Source of the DNA: Candidatus Fervidifonticultor tertius
Lineage (GTDB): Bacteria; Sysuimicrobiota; Sysuimicrobiia; Sysuimicrobiales; Humicultoraceae
DNA: 64,000 nt
Direction of reading: 5' to 3'
NCBI GenBank assembly: GCA_031459235.1
Contig: JAVKIY010000002.1
Span: forward strand, 5,026 to 69,025
Shown one piece after another: positions 16,410 to 26,451 of this stretch. A program made the position numbers and the translations under genes. The notes below the pieces were generated by a model. That model was not told where the DNA came from and ran no database searches. It saw only the letters and a program-made list of their open reading frames with translations. Position 1 is the stretch's first letter. Each line of letters starts with the position of its first letter.

Positions 16410-17473
16410 CTGAAGATAGGAGCGGTGCACCGACGATGAGCGCGACCACCCTGCACTTCGGCGTCAACCTGAACAACCGGGAGCCGCTGCTGGCGCCCCA
16501 GTACGACGTTCCTGCGCTCCTCGACCTGTCGGCCGCCGCGGAGGAGGCGGGCTTCGAGTCGATGTGGGTGGGGGACAGCCTGTTCTCCAAGCCCCGCTAC
16601 GAGCCGCTCGCCCTGCTCGCCGCGATCTCGCAGCGCACGACGCGGGCGAAGCTCGGCACCGCCTGCCTGGTCACGGGCACGCGCAACCCGCTCTATCTGG
16701 CGCTGGAGTGGGCCACGCTGGACGTGATCTCCGGCGGCCGCACGATCCTGGGCGCCTGCATGGGGAACCCCGAGGAAGGCGTTCGACGGGAGTATCGGGC
16801 GCTGGGATTGGACTTCGAGCGCCGGGCCGAGATCTTCGAGGAGGGCCTCCACGTCCTGCGCACGCTGTGGACCGAGGGGCGGATCACCCACAAGGGCCGG
16901 TGGTTCGACTACCAGGACGTCAGCTTCTCCTCCGGCGTCGAGATGGGACCGCTCATGCCCGTGCAAACGCCTCCGCCGATGTGGATTGTCAGCAACCCGC
17001 GGCTCATCCGCGGCGTCGAGGAGCGGCGCGTCGCCCGGGTGATCGACCGCGCCGCGCTGCGGATCGTGCGATACGGCGACGGCTGGATGACGTGCTGCCG
17101 GGCACGACATCCCGAGGAACTCACCGCCCAGCTCGAGCGCATCCGCGAGGCCGCCGCGGCGGAGGGTCGGGACCCTTCCAGCCTGGCGGTGGCCTATCAG
17201 GTGACGATGAACATCGCGGACTCGGAGGCCGAGGCCCAGCGGGGCATCGATGAGTACATCTCCCAGTACTATCCCGAGCTGAGCAAGGCGGTGGACCTGG
17301 GCGAGTGGGGGCCCGTCGGCACGCCGGACCGCATCGCCGCGTGGATCGAGACGTTCGCCCGCGCCGGGGTCACGACGTTCATCTGCCGCTTCGGGGCGCT
17401 GGACCAGTTTGGGCAGGTAGCCCGGTTCGCGCGGGACGTGCTGCCGCGGTTTTCGGCGCGCGCCCGGCGATGA
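16406..17473 (+). CDS. LLM-class (luciferase-like) flavin/F420-dependent oxidoreductase
   Basis: TIM-barrel LLM pattern (FGVNLNN...AEEAGFESMWVGDSLF...LGTACLV). The cofactor cannot be decided from sequence by eye. Confidence 0.7.
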   Translation: MTEDRSGAPTMSATTLHFGVNLNNREPLLAPQYDVPALLDLSAAAEEAGFESMWVGDSLFSKPRYEPLALLAAISQRTTRAKLGTACLVTGTRNPLYLALEWATLDVISGGRTILGACMGNPEEGVRREYRALGLDFERRAEIFEEGLHVLRTLWTEGRITHKGRWFDYQDVSFSSGVEMGPLMPVQTPPPMWIVSNPRLIRGVEERRVARVIDRAALRIVRYGDGWMTCCRARHPEELTAQLERIREAAAAEGRDPSSLAVAYQVTMNIADSEAEAQRGIDEYISQYYPELSKAVDLGEWGPVGTPDRIAAWIETFARAGVTTFICRFGALDQFGQVARFARDVLPRFSARARR

Positions 17474-17519
17474 CCGTTGCGGCGGGGCGTTGGGGGATCC
17501 TTCGGGAGGAGGCACCACC

Positions 17520-18755
17520 ATGGCGTTGAGCACGCAGGGGGCGGGGCGGGCCGGGCGGGCGGAGCCGCCGCCCGGCGGTATCCGGGTCCGCCACCAGCCT
17601 GTGGGGAGCGACTTCGGGCTCGAGGAGATCCAGGCCATCGCCCAGACCCTGCAGCAGGACGCGCAGACCGACGGGCCGCAGAACCGCGCCTTCGAGGCAG
17701 AGTTCGCCTCGCTGTGCGGGGTGCCATACGCGTTCACGATGGCCAACTGCTCGGTCGCCCTGATCGTGGCCGGCCAGCTCTGCGGGCTGCGGGGGGGCGA
17801 CGAGGTCATTACGACGCCGCTGACGTTTGTGTCCACCAGCACGTCGGTGTTGAGCTGCGGGGCGACGCCGGTGTTCGTCGACGTCGACCCGCGCACATTC
17901 ACCCTGGATCCAGACGCGGTGGCCGCGGCTATCACGCCGCGGACGCGGGCGATCTACGCGGTGCACCTATTCGGCCAGTGCGCGGACATGGACGCCATCA
18001 CCGCGGTTGCGCGCCGCCACGGCCTGCGGGTCATCGAGGACGCCGCCCACGTGGCGGGGGCGACCTACAAGGGCCGGCCGGCGGGATCGCTCGGTGACGC
18101 GGCCGCGTTCAGCTTCCACTCGCGGAAGAACATCACGACGCTGGGCGAGGGTGGCATGCTCACGACCCGGGACGCCGCGTGGGCAGCCAAGGTGCCGCTG
18201 CTGCGCAGCATCGGGGTCAATCATGGCGTCGAGCACCCAGCCGCCGACTACTGGTTGCCCCTGCCCTACGACGTGGAGGCGCCCGACGGGTACATCCCGA
18301 CCAACTACCGGATGAGCGAGGCGCAGGCCGCGGTCGGCCGGGTCCAGCTCCGGCGCCTGGTTGCGAACAACGCCCGGCGTCGGGCGATCGCCCGCCGCTA
18401 CACCGAGGCGCTGGCCGACGTGCCCGGCCTGGTCCTGCCGCACGAGGCGCGAGCGGGCGAACACATCTACTACCTGTACGGCATCCTGGTGGATGAGGCG
18501 GAGGCGGGGTTCGGGCGTGACGCGCTGATGCGCACGCTGTTCTGCGACTACGGCGTGCAGACCATCACCGGGTACCCGCCGGCCTACTGGTTCAGCGTCT
18601 ACCAGAGCCGCGGCTACCCGCGGGGGCTGTGCCCGGTCGCGGAGCGCACTTATGACCGGATCCTGATGCTCCCGGTCTACGCGCGCCTGACCGATGCGGA
18701 GGTCGACTACGTAATCGAGAGCGTCGTCGGGGCCGCCCGCCGCCTGCGCGGGTGA
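17520..18755 (+). CDS. DegT/DnrJ/EryC1/StrS family PLP aminotransferase
   Basis: Start set at ATG 17520 (GGGAGGAGG upstream). Family pattern GDEVITTPLTFVST...IEDAAH...FSFHSRKNITTLGEGGML, with the Schiff-base Lys. Confidence 0.8.
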   Translation: MALSTQGAGRAGRAEPPPGGIRVRHQPVGSDFGLEEIQAIAQTLQQDAQTDGPQNRAFEAEFASLCGVPYAFTMANCSVALIVAGQLCGLRGGDEVITTPLTFVSTSTSVLSCGATPVFVDVDPRTFTLDPDAVAAAITPRTRAIYAVHLFGQCADMDAITAVARRHGLRVIEDAAHVAGATYKGRPAGSLGDAAAFSFHSRKNITTLGEGGMLTTRDAAWAAKVPLLRSIGVNHGVEHPAADYWLPLPYDVEAPDGYIPTNYRMSEAQAAVGRVQLRRLVANNARRRAIARRYTEALADVPGLVLPHEARAGEHIYYLYGILVDEAEAGFGRDALMRTLFCDYGVQTITGYPPAYWFSVYQSRGYPRGLCPVAERTYDRILMLPVYARLTDAEVDYVIESVVGAARRLRG

Positions 18756-18794
18756 GCCCGCGAGGCTCAGGGACGCGAGCGAGGGGAGGGCGAC

Positions 18795-19802
18795 ATGGCA
18801 GTATCCCGCAAGAGACTCCGGCGCGACGCCGAGCTGATCGTGGACGTCTGCATGTCGGTCGCGAAAGACGATGTCGTGACCATCATCACCGACGACGCGC
18901 ACCTCAAGGAAGCGCAGGCGCTCGCCGCGGCGGCGCTGGACCGGGGCGCCTTCCCGGTCATCATGAACAATGAGACCCAGGTCCGCCGCGGACTGGCGGA
19001 TGTGCGCTTCCCGATGGCGCCCCCGCGGAACCTGCACCAGGCGATGGTCGCCTCGGACGAGGTGATCATCATCACGAACCTGGAGTGGGCTAACCGGTTC
19101 GCGCACGTCTCGGCGGTGCGGGAAACCTGCGCGGCCAACGGTAAGATCGCCTCGGTGGAGGAAGGCATGGGCGCTTGGGACCTGACCGAGCGCGACATCC
19201 AGGAAGCCACGCGGCGCGCGCGCGACGCGATCGCGGCGCTACAGGGAGTTTCGCGCTGCCGCGTCACCGCGGCGAACGGGACCGACGTGGTGGTGAGCAT
19301 CGCCGGCCGGCCGGCGCTGGAGGTGACCCCCATCAAGAAGCGGGGGCAGATGATGGGTCCGGTGCCGCTGTGGGCGGAGGTGGCCTTCGCCGCCGTGGAG
19401 GACCAGACCGAGGGGCGCATCGTGGTGGACGGTGTGATGCTAGGGATCGGCGTGCCGGGTCAGGTCGCCCACCCAATCACCTGGACCGTCACGGGCGGCC
19501 GCGCGACCGCCATCGAGGGCGGCCCGGAGGCGGCGCGGCTGCGCGAGGTGATCGCCGGGGTCCCGGGGGCCAACGTGATCGGCGAGTTCGCCTTCGGGAC
19601 GAGCACGAAGTCGCCGTTCGGCTCGCCCTCCGAGAAGGGCCGGCTGGGGACCGTGCACTTCGCGCTCGGGGACAACCACAACGCCTACCCGGGCGGGCAG
19701 AACGTGAGCACGCTCCACCTGGACGGCGTCGTCCTCAACGCGTCCCTGCAGATCCTCGACAGCGGACGCTACATCCTCCGTGACGGGCAGTGGGTGCTCT
19801 GA
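18795..19802 (+). CDS. M29 (aminopeptidase T/NicX-fold) family protein
   Basis: C-terminal block GTVHFALGDNHNAYPGGQNVSTLHLDGV resembles the M29 thermophilic metalloprotease signature. At 335 aa it is shorter than classical AmpS/PepS. SD GAGGGGAGGG lies upstream. Confidence 0.6.
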   Translation: MAVSRKRLRRDAELIVDVCMSVAKDDVVTIITDDAHLKEAQALAAAALDRGAFPVIMNNETQVRRGLADVRFPMAPPRNLHQAMVASDEVIIITNLEWANRFAHVSAVRETCAANGKIASVEEGMGAWDLTERDIQEATRRARDAIAALQGVSRCRVTAANGTDVVVSIAGRPALEVTPIKKRGQMMGPVPLWAEVAFAAVEDQTEGRIVVDGVMLGIGVPGQVAHPITWTVTGGRATAIEGGPEAARLREVIAGVPGANVIGEFAFGTSTKSPFGSPSEKGRLGTVHFALGDNHNAYPGGQNVSTLHLDGVVLNASLQILDSGRYILRDGQWVL

Positions 19803-20164
19803 TGGCGCCGGTGAGGGTCGTCAACCTGGGCCAGGTGGAGCCCATCGCGCTCCCGCAGGGGAGCTGGAGCCGGATGCTCGTGACCGCCAGGACCGCCGGG
19901 GGGAACCGGTCCTCGCTCGGCTACTCGGTGTTCACCCCCGGGACCGTGCTCGGCATGGTCTCGCACGAGGTGGAGGAGGTGGCCTACGTCGTGGCCGGGC
20001 GCGGCGAGCTGCGGCTGGACGAGGGCGCGGTTACCTTCGGCCCGGGCGACGCGTTGTTCATCCCGCCGCACACCTGGCACGCGGTGGCGAACACTGGCGA
20101 CGAGGACGTGGTGATGGTCTTCGGGTTCCCGCATCCCGACTACCCGCCGACGGCGCGGCGGTGA
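19802..20164 (+). CDS. cupin domain protein
   Basis: Start set at ATG 19802 (1-nt overlap with the upstream stop). Cupin motif 2 is GPGDALFIPPHTWHAVAN. Motif 1 is degenerate (SHEVEEVAYVVAG, single His). Confidence 0.7.
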   Translation: MAPVRVVNLGQVEPIALPQGSWSRMLVTARTAGGNRSSLGYSVFTPGTVLGMVSHEVEEVAYVVAGRGELRLDEGAVTFGPGDALFIPPHTWHAVANTGDEDVVMVFGFPHPDYPPTARR

Positions 20165-20174
20165 GGACGGCGGC

Positions 20175-21344
20175 GTGACCGACTGGCCGTACCTCTCGGC
20201 GGCCTCCGGTCCGGGCGAGGTGACCAACCGGACGCTGCGGGACCATGCGCGCCAGGTGGTCAACCACTACGACCCGGCGTTCGTCGAGACGTTCGCGCGC
20301 GCGACCGACCATCTGAAGCACATCTTCCGCACGGCGCACGACATCGTTATCCCCCAGGGCGAGGTTGTGCTCGGGATGGAGGCCGTGGCGGCGAGTCTGT
20401 TCTCGCCGGGCGACCGGGTCCTCAACCTGGTCTCGGGGATCTTCGGGAAGTGGTTCGAGACTTTCATCGCGCGGGCCGGCGCCGAGCCCCTCGAGGTGGC
20501 GGTGCCGTACGATCAGGCGATCGACCCCGAGGACGTCCGCCGCGCGCTGCGCCGGCATCCTGACGTGGGGTTCCTGGCGGTCGTCCACGCGGAGACGCCG
20601 TCGGGCACCGTGAACCCCGTGGACGACATCTGCCGGATCGCGTCCGAGGCCGGTGTGATCACCATCGTGGACACCGCGCTCGGTCTGGGCAGCCATCCCT
20701 TCGAGGCGGACGCCTGGGGGGTCGACATCGCGGTCGCCGGGCCGCAGAAGGCGCTCGGCGGCGTGCCCGGGCTGTGCCCCATCGCGGTTAGCCCGCGCGC
20801 GTGGGAGGCCATGGCCCGGCGCCGGCCCACGCCGCTGCGCGAGAGCTACCTCTCTCTGCTCGACTGGCGCGAGAGCTGGGTGGAGAAGCGCGCGTTCCCC
20901 TACACCGCGTCGGTCAGCCTGGTCTACGCCCTGGAGTCGGTGGCGGCGCAGGTGCTGGAGGTCGGGCTGGAGCGGCACATCGCGCGGCACACCCGGGTGG
21001 GCCGGGCGTGCCGCGCCGCGGTGCGGGCGCTGGGGCTGGCGCCGTGGCCGGCGCGCGACGAGATCGCCTGCAATGCCGTGACCACGGTCCGGACGCCCGA
21101 GGGCCTCGACGCGGGCGCCCTGGTGGCCCGCATGCGGCGGCCGTACGGGGTGAAGATCTCGGGCGGGTACAAGGAGCTGGCGGGTGTGACCTTCCGGCTC
21201 GGCCACATGGGTGTCTCCGCCCACCCCACGCATCTGGCCGCACTGCTGGCGGTGCTGGAGCGCAGCCTGGCTGATCTGGGCCGGTCGGTGCGACTGGGCG
21301 CGGGGGTCGGGGCGGCGATGGCCCTGCTGGGCGAGTGGGAGTGA
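20175..21344 (+). CDS. class V PLP aminotransferase (AGXT/serine-pyruvate/PhnW-like)
   Basis: VVHAETPSGTVNP...IVDTALGLG...AVAGPQKALGG, with the Schiff-base Lys. Length is typical of class V enzymes. Confidence 0.8.
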   Translation: MTDWPYLSAASGPGEVTNRTLRDHARQVVNHYDPAFVETFARATDHLKHIFRTAHDIVIPQGEVVLGMEAVAASLFSPGDRVLNLVSGIFGKWFETFIARAGAEPLEVAVPYDQAIDPEDVRRALRRHPDVGFLAVVHAETPSGTVNPVDDICRIASEAGVITIVDTALGLGSHPFEADAWGVDIAVAGPQKALGGVPGLCPIAVSPRAWEAMARRRPTPLRESYLSLLDWRESWVEKRAFPYTASVSLVYALESVAAQVLEVGLERHIARHTRVGRACRAAVRALGLAPWPARDEIACNAVTTVRTPEGLDAGALVARMRRPYGVKISGGYKELAGVTFRLGHMGVSAHPTHLAALLAVLERSLADLGRSVRLGAGVGAAMALLGEWE

Positions 21345-21363
21345 CGCGCATGGAGGCGATGCG

Positions 21364-22314
21364 ATGAACGGCGATGACGTGCGCACGGTGGCGCTGATCG
21401 GCGCCGGCACGATGGGGCCCGGGATGGCCGCGATGTTCGCCACCCACGGTTTCGACGTCCGGCTGGCGGACATCAAGCCCGACGTGCTGGAGCGGGCCCG
21501 CGGCACGGTGGAGACGGTGTATGCGACCCTGCAGCAGGGCGAGCTCCTCTCCGCCGACCAGGTGGCCGCGGCCCGGCCGCGGCTCACCTTCACCTCTGAT
21601 CCGATGGACGCGCTGGCAGGCGTCGATTTCGTGGTGGAGGCCATCCCCGAGCGCGCCGATCTCAAACAGCAGTTCTTCGCCGAGGCCGAGCGGCGCATCG
21701 GGCCCGAGGCGATCCTGGCCTCCAACACCTCCGGCATCCCGATCACCGAGCTCGGGCGCGCCGTGCAGCGGCCCGAGCGCGTGGTGGGCATGCACTGGTC
21801 GAACCCGCCGCACCTGATCCCCGTCATCGAGGTCATCCGCGGCGAGCGCACCGGCGACGCCGCGGTCGCCGCCACGCGCCGTGTGGTCGAGCGCCTGGGC
21901 ATGATCCCGGTCGTCGTGCGGCGCGACGTGCCGGGGTTTGTCGAGAACCGCATCCTCTACGCGATCATGCGCGAGGCGCTCCACCTGCTGGAGGAAGGGA
22001 TCGCCTCGGCCGAGGACATCGACACGATCGTGAAGTGGGGGATCGGTTACAAGCTCGCGGTCATCGGGCCGCTGGAGCTGCTGGACGTCGCCGGACTCGA
22101 TATCTACCACAGCGTGGCGTCCTACCTGAACGCCGACCTGAGCAGCCGCCGCGACGTGAGCCCGCTCGTCCGGCAGAAGGTCGAGGCCGGCGAGCTTGGC
22201 ATCAAGACGGGCCGCGGCCTGTTCGCCTACACGCCCGAGAGCATCCCGCCGCTGATGCAGCGGCGCATGCGCCTGCTGCTCGCGACGCGGAAGGCGCTGT
22301 CGGTGACGGCATGA
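21364..22314 (+). CDS. 3-hydroxyacyl-CoA dehydrogenase family NAD-dependent dehydrogenase
   Basis: Trimmed to ATG 21364. Rossmann VALIGAGTMGPGMA and the conserved SNTSGIPI and HWSNPPHLIPVIEV blocks. Confidence 0.8.
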   Translation: MNGDDVRTVALIGAGTMGPGMAAMFATHGFDVRLADIKPDVLERARGTVETVYATLQQGELLSADQVAAARPRLTFTSDPMDALAGVDFVVEAIPERADLKQQFFAEAERRIGPEAILASNTSGIPITELGRAVQRPERVVGMHWSNPPHLIPVIEVIRGERTGDAAVAATRRVVERLGMIPVVVRRDVPGFVENRILYAIMREALHLLEEGIASAEDIDTIVKWGIGYKLAVIGPLELLDVAGLDIYHSVASYLNADLSSRRDVSPLVRQKVEAGELGIKTGRGLFAYTPESIPPLMQRRMRLLLATRKALSVTA

Positions 22315-23054
22315 CCGCGCGCCGCCCCTCCGACGGCGACCTCCGCGCGCAGGTCGCGTGGGCGTGCCGGATCCTGGCGGCCTACGGCCACGGTGACCTG
22401 ACGCTCGGCCACGTGAGCGCCCGCGCCGGCGACCGCGTGTTCATGAAGCGCAAGGGGCTCGCGCTCGAGGAGGTGGCGCCGCGGGACGTGCTGACGCTCG
22501 ACCTGGACGGCCGGCGCCTGCGGGGCGACGGCGCCGTCCACCTGGAGGTGCCGCTCCACACCGAGGTCTACAAGGCGCGCCCTGATGTCGGCGCGGTCAT
22601 CCACACGCACCCCATCTACACCACCGCGCTCGGCGCCGCCGGGGCGCGGCTGCTCCCGCTCTCGCACGACGCGCTGCTCTTCCCCGACGGCCTGGCGGTC
22701 TTCGAGGACACGGCCGACCTGATCATGTCGGCTCAGGTGGGCGCGGACATCGCCCGCGCGCTCGGGGCGCGGCGGGCCGTGCTGCTCCGCAATCACGGCG
22801 TGCTGGTGGTCGGCAAGGACGTGCGGTGGGCCGTGTTCGCGGCGCTGACCCTGGAGCGCGCGGTCATGGTGCAGGCGGTCGCCTCGCGGCTCGGCGAGCC
22901 CCGACCGATTCCCCAGGCGTTGCTCGGGCCGTTGCACGCCTCCAAGTACCGTGACGAGTTCATGGACGAGTACTGGGCCTACTGGCTGCGCACGGTGCGC
23001 CGGATGGGGCTCGACGAGGGCATGCCCCGCGCGCACCGCCGGAGGGCGCGGTGA
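22311..23054 (+). CDS. class II aldolase/adducin family protein
   Basis: Trimmed to ATG 22311 (ATGA overlap). Zinc-site pattern EVPLHTEVY...VIHTHPIYTTALG. Confidence 0.8.
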   Translation: MTARRPSDGDLRAQVAWACRILAAYGHGDLTLGHVSARAGDRVFMKRKGLALEEVAPRDVLTLDLDGRRLRGDGAVHLEVPLHTEVYKARPDVGAVIHTHPIYTTALGAAGARLLPLSHDALLFPDGLAVFEDTADLIMSAQVGADIARALGARRAVLLRNHGVLVVGKDVRWAVFAALTLERAVMVQAVASRLGEPRPIPQALLGPLHASKYRDEFMDEYWAYWLRTVRRMGLDEGMPRAHRRRAR

Positions 23055-25357
23055 GCACGGGCGGCCGCGTGGTCGGGACGTCGGTCCGCCGGGTCGACGT
23101 CGACAAGGTCACCGGCGCCGCGCGCTTCGCCGGCGACCTGCGCGAGCCCGGCATGCTCTACGGGCAGGTCCTGCGCAGCCCGCACGCCTCGGCGCGGATC
23201 GTGCGCGTGGACCCCACCCCGGCGCTCGCGGTCCCCGGCGTGCGCGCGGTGCTGACCGGCGCGGACCTCGACCCCCAGACGGCGCTCTACGGGCACGCGA
23301 TCAAGGATCGGCCCATCGTTGCGATCGACCGCGTGCGGTTCGCGGGCGAGCCGGTGGCGGCTGTGGCGGCCGACAGCCCCCAGGCCGCCGCCGAGGCGGC
23401 CGAGCGCATCGAGGTCGTCTACGAGCCGCTGCCGGGCGTCACCACGCTCGCCGCGGCCCTGGCCCCAGGGGCGCCCCGCGTGCACGAGGCGACCTACCAG
23501 CGCGGCTTGTTCCACGGCCTGGGCGAGTTCGCCGACGAGGGCGGCAACGTCTGCTACCACTACCGGGTGGCGCGCGGCGAGGGGCGCGCGGCGTTCGAGG
23601 CGCCCGGGCTGGTGGTCGTCGAGAACGAATACACGTTTCCCGCCGTCTACCAGTACGCGATGGAGCCCCACACCGTCATCGCGCGGTGGGGCAGCGACGG
23701 CCTGACCGTGCACGCCTGCTGCCAGCACCCCTACCTGGTGCGCGCCGAGCTCGCGGACCTGTTCGGATTGCCGCTGGCGGCGGTGCGCGTGATCGTGCCC
23801 TACATCGGCGGCGGGTTCGGCAGCAAGTCCTACACGAAGATGGAACCGATCACGGCCGCGCTCGCGCGGAAGGCCGGGGCGCCGGTAAGGATCGCGAACC
23901 GCGTCGACGAAGCGATGGTGACCACGCGGCGGCACAACATGCGCTGCTGGATGCGCTCCGCGGCGACGCGCGACGGCCGCGTGGTCGCTCGGGAGTGCCG
24001 CGCGTGGCTGGACACCGGGGCCTACGCGGACAACGGTCCGCGCGTGGCCGCCACCGCCGGGGACGCGGCGCCCGGGCCCTACCGCTGGGACGCCGTCGCG
24101 GTGGACGCCTGGGCGATCTACACCAACACGCCGCCGGCCGGGTCGTACCGCGGGTTCGGCGCCACGCACCTGCAGTGGATCGGCGAGGCCCAGATCGACG
24201 CGCTGGCGCGCGCGGTCGGCATGGACCGGTTGGAGTTCCGCCGCCGTAACCTCCTGCGGCCCGGCGAGGAGGTCCGGCCCGGCGGCAAGCCGCTCGACGC
24301 GGACCTGGTGGGCGACGTGGAGCGGGCAGCGGCCGCCATCGGGTGGGGCACGCCGGCCGGGCCCGAGGTGGGGCGCGGGCTCAGCGTCGGGCTGCTGGCG
24401 GCCGGGGCGAACCCGGTCTCGGTGGCCGCGGTGCGGCTGCAGGCCGACGGGACCGCGGTCGTGCTGGCCAGTACCTCCGAGCTCGGCCAGGGCGCGCGGA
24501 CGGTGTTCGCGCAGATCGTGGGCGAGGAGCTGGCGCTGCCGGTCGAGCGCGTCCGGGTGATGGGCGCGGACACGCAGTTCACGCCCTACGACCGGTCCAC
24601 GGGTGCCAGCCGCTCGACCACGCTGGCGGGCACCGCGGTGCTGCGCGCCGCGGTGCACCTGCGCGAGCAGCTCCTCGACATCGCCGCTTCCCGCTGGGGG
24701 CTGCCCGCGTCCGCGCTCCGGGTGCGCGACGGCGCCGTCTGGCACGAGACCGAGCGGCTCACGTATCCCGACCTGCTCCGGGAGCACTTCGGCATGCCCG
24801 GCGGCGAGCTGATCGGTCGGGGCGAGGTGCGACCGCAGCGCGGCACCGGGTCGTTCGCCGAGGGGCCGGTTTTCTGGGAGGTGTGCGTCGGCGGCGCGGA
24901 GGTCGAGGTGGACCGCGAGACGGGCCGCGTCCGGGTGCGGCGGCTCGCGAGCGTGGCGGACGTGGGGAAGGCGATCAACCCGCAGCTCGTCGAGGCGCAG
25001 GACGAGGGCGGGAGTCTGCAGGGGGTGGGCAACGCGCTCTACGAGGAGATGGTCTTCGAGGACGGGCAGCTGCTGAACGGCTCGCTCGTCGATTACCACG
25101 TGCCAACGATCGCGGATGTCCCCGACGAGATGGTCTCCGTGCTCGTGGAGAACGCGGACGGGCCGGGGCCCTACGGCGCCAAGGGGGTCGGCGAGGGGTC
25201 GCTCGCCTTCGTGCCCGGGGCGATCGTGGGTGCGCTCGCCGAGCTGGGGATCGAGGTGACGGGGCTGCCCCTTACGCCCGAGCGGGTCTGGCGCCGGTTG
25301 AGGGGCGCAGGGGACGGAGCGCGCACGGACATGCACGTCGAGATCAGGGGGGGATGA
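23051..25357 (+). CDS. xanthine dehydrogenase/aldehyde oxidase family molybdopterin-binding large subunit (paralogue 1)
   Basis: 768 aa. N-terminal a/b-hammerhead start (VGTSVRRVDVDKVTGAARFAGDL). Blocks GGGFGSKS and SYRGFGATH. C-terminal catalytic-Glu block GAKGVGEGS. No [2Fe-2S] domain is fused. Confidence 0.85.
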   Translation: MSTGGRVVGTSVRRVDVDKVTGAARFAGDLREPGMLYGQVLRSPHASARIVRVDPTPALAVPGVRAVLTGADLDPQTALYGHAIKDRPIVAIDRVRFAGEPVAAVAADSPQAAAEAAERIEVVYEPLPGVTTLAAALAPGAPRVHEATYQRGLFHGLGEFADEGGNVCYHYRVARGEGRAAFEAPGLVVVENEYTFPAVYQYAMEPHTVIARWGSDGLTVHACCQHPYLVRAELADLFGLPLAAVRVIVPYIGGGFGSKSYTKMEPITAALARKAGAPVRIANRVDEAMVTTRRHNMRCWMRSAATRDGRVVARECRAWLDTGAYADNGPRVAATAGDAAPGPYRWDAVAVDAWAIYTNTPPAGSYRGFGATHLQWIGEAQIDALARAVGMDRLEFRRRNLLRPGEEVRPGGKPLDADLVGDVERAAAAIGWGTPAGPEVGRGLSVGLLAAGANPVSVAAVRLQADGTAVVLASTSELGQGARTVFAQIVGEELALPVERVRVMGADTQFTPYDRSTGASRSTTLAGTAVLRAAVHLREQLLDIAASRWGLPASALRVRDGAVWHETERLTYPDLLREHFGMPGGELIGRGEVRPQRGTGSFAEGPVFWEVCVGGAEVEVDRETGRVRVRRLASVADVGKAINPQLVEAQDEGGSLQGVGNALYEEMVFEDGQLLNGSLVDYHVPTIADVPDEMVSVLVENADGPGPYGAKGVGEGSLAFVPGAIVGALAELGIEVTGLPLTPERVWRRLRGAGDGARTDMHVEIRGG

Positions 25358-26451
25358 AGATGCGAGATGGACGTACTGCCCGCACGGCGAGGGGCGCGCT
25401 GGGGCTTCTCGTCGTCCTGCTCGTCATCGCGGCCGGCCTCTCCACCGGCCAGGCCGCGCCGGCGCGCCGGCTAGTCGTCTACAGCGCGGCACCACGCGAC
25501 TTCACCGAGTCGCTCAAGCGCGACTTCGAGGCGGAGAACCCCGGCGTGACGGTCGAGATTCTGCCGGGGCTGGGCGCGGAGGCCATCCTGACGCGGCTCG
25601 ACGCCGAGCGCGCCTCGCCGCGCGCGGACGTCTTCCACTCCGGCGCGGTGTTCGAGTTCATCGAGGCCACCAAGAAGGGACTGCTGGAACCCACCAACCC
25701 CCGGGAGATCGCCGGCGTCGCCCCGTCCACCCTGTTCCTGGGCGGCTCCCGCATCCCGCTGCACGACCGGGAGGGCCACTGGTACGTGTGGGGGTACTCG
25801 CTCGGCGTGATCGGCTACAACCGGGACCGGCTCGCCGCGCTGCGCCTGCCGGTGCCCCGCACCTGGTCCGATCTGACCAACCCGGCCTACAAGGGCCACG
25901 TGGTGTTCAACATGCCGCAACTCTCCTCGTCGGCGTTCAACACGATCGTCGCGCTCTACCAGATCATGGGGCCGCAGGGCCTGTGGAGTTACTGGGATCG
26001 GCTCAACGAGAACCTGGCGTTCTACTCCCGGTCCACCTCGGCGCTCTACACGCTGGTGGGCCGCGGCGAGATCCCGATCAGCTTCGGCACCGCCCGCTCC
26101 TACCACGAGGGCAAGGTCCGCGGGCAGGCCGTCGAGGTCGTCTACCCGACCGAGGGCGCGTGGGTCTTCGCCACCGCGGTGGGGGTGGTCCGCGGCGCGC
26201 CCAACGCCGATCTGGCGCGGCAGTTCATCAAGTTCATCCTGTCCCCGTCGGGGCAGATCAACTCGGCGAACAACTACCAGAACCCGGTGCGTGCCGGGAT
26301 CCGTGCCACCGTCCACCCCGTCGACCTGTCCATCGAGGCGGTCGTGCGCGAGGTGCCCAAGGTGGTCGTTGTGGACATCGAGACGGCGACCCGCATCCGG
26401 CCCGAGGTGATGCGGCGCTTCGACCAGTACACGTCCGGGCGTGCGCGCTGA
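25354..26451 (+). CDS. ABC transporter substrate-binding protein (FbpA/thiamine/2-aminoethylphosphonate-type, family 1)
   Basis: Trimmed to ATG 25354 (ATGA overlap). Signal peptide. The VVYSAAP...VFHSG...YPTEGAWV pattern resembles Fe(III)/PhnS-type SBPs. Confidence 0.7.
   Translation: MKMRDGRTARTARGALGLLVVLLVIAAGLSTGQAAPARRLVVYSAAPRDFTESLKRDFEAENPGVTVEILPGLGAEAILTRLDAERASPRADVFHSGAVFEFIEATKKGLLEPTNPREIAGVAPSTLFLGGSRIPLHDREGHWYVWGYSLGVIGYNRDRLAALRLPVPRTWSDLTNPAYKGHVVFNMPQLSSSAFNTIVALYQIMGPQGLWSYWDRLNENLAFYSRSTSALYTLVGRGEIPISFGTARSYHEGKVRGQAVEVVYPTEGAWVFATAVGVVRGAPNADLARQFIKFILSPSGQINSANNYQNPVRAGIRATVHPVDLSIEAVVREVPKVVVVDIETATRIRPEVMRRFDQYTSGRAR

Noticed and set aside
18795-19802. Calling the M29-fold protein a NicX-type 2,5-dihydroxypyridine dioxygenase, and the array a nicotinate pathway.
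   Set aside because: Only fold-level resemblance can be judged by eye. No NicC/NicD/NicF-like genes were recognised. I kept it as a hypothesis inside a finding, not as an annotation.
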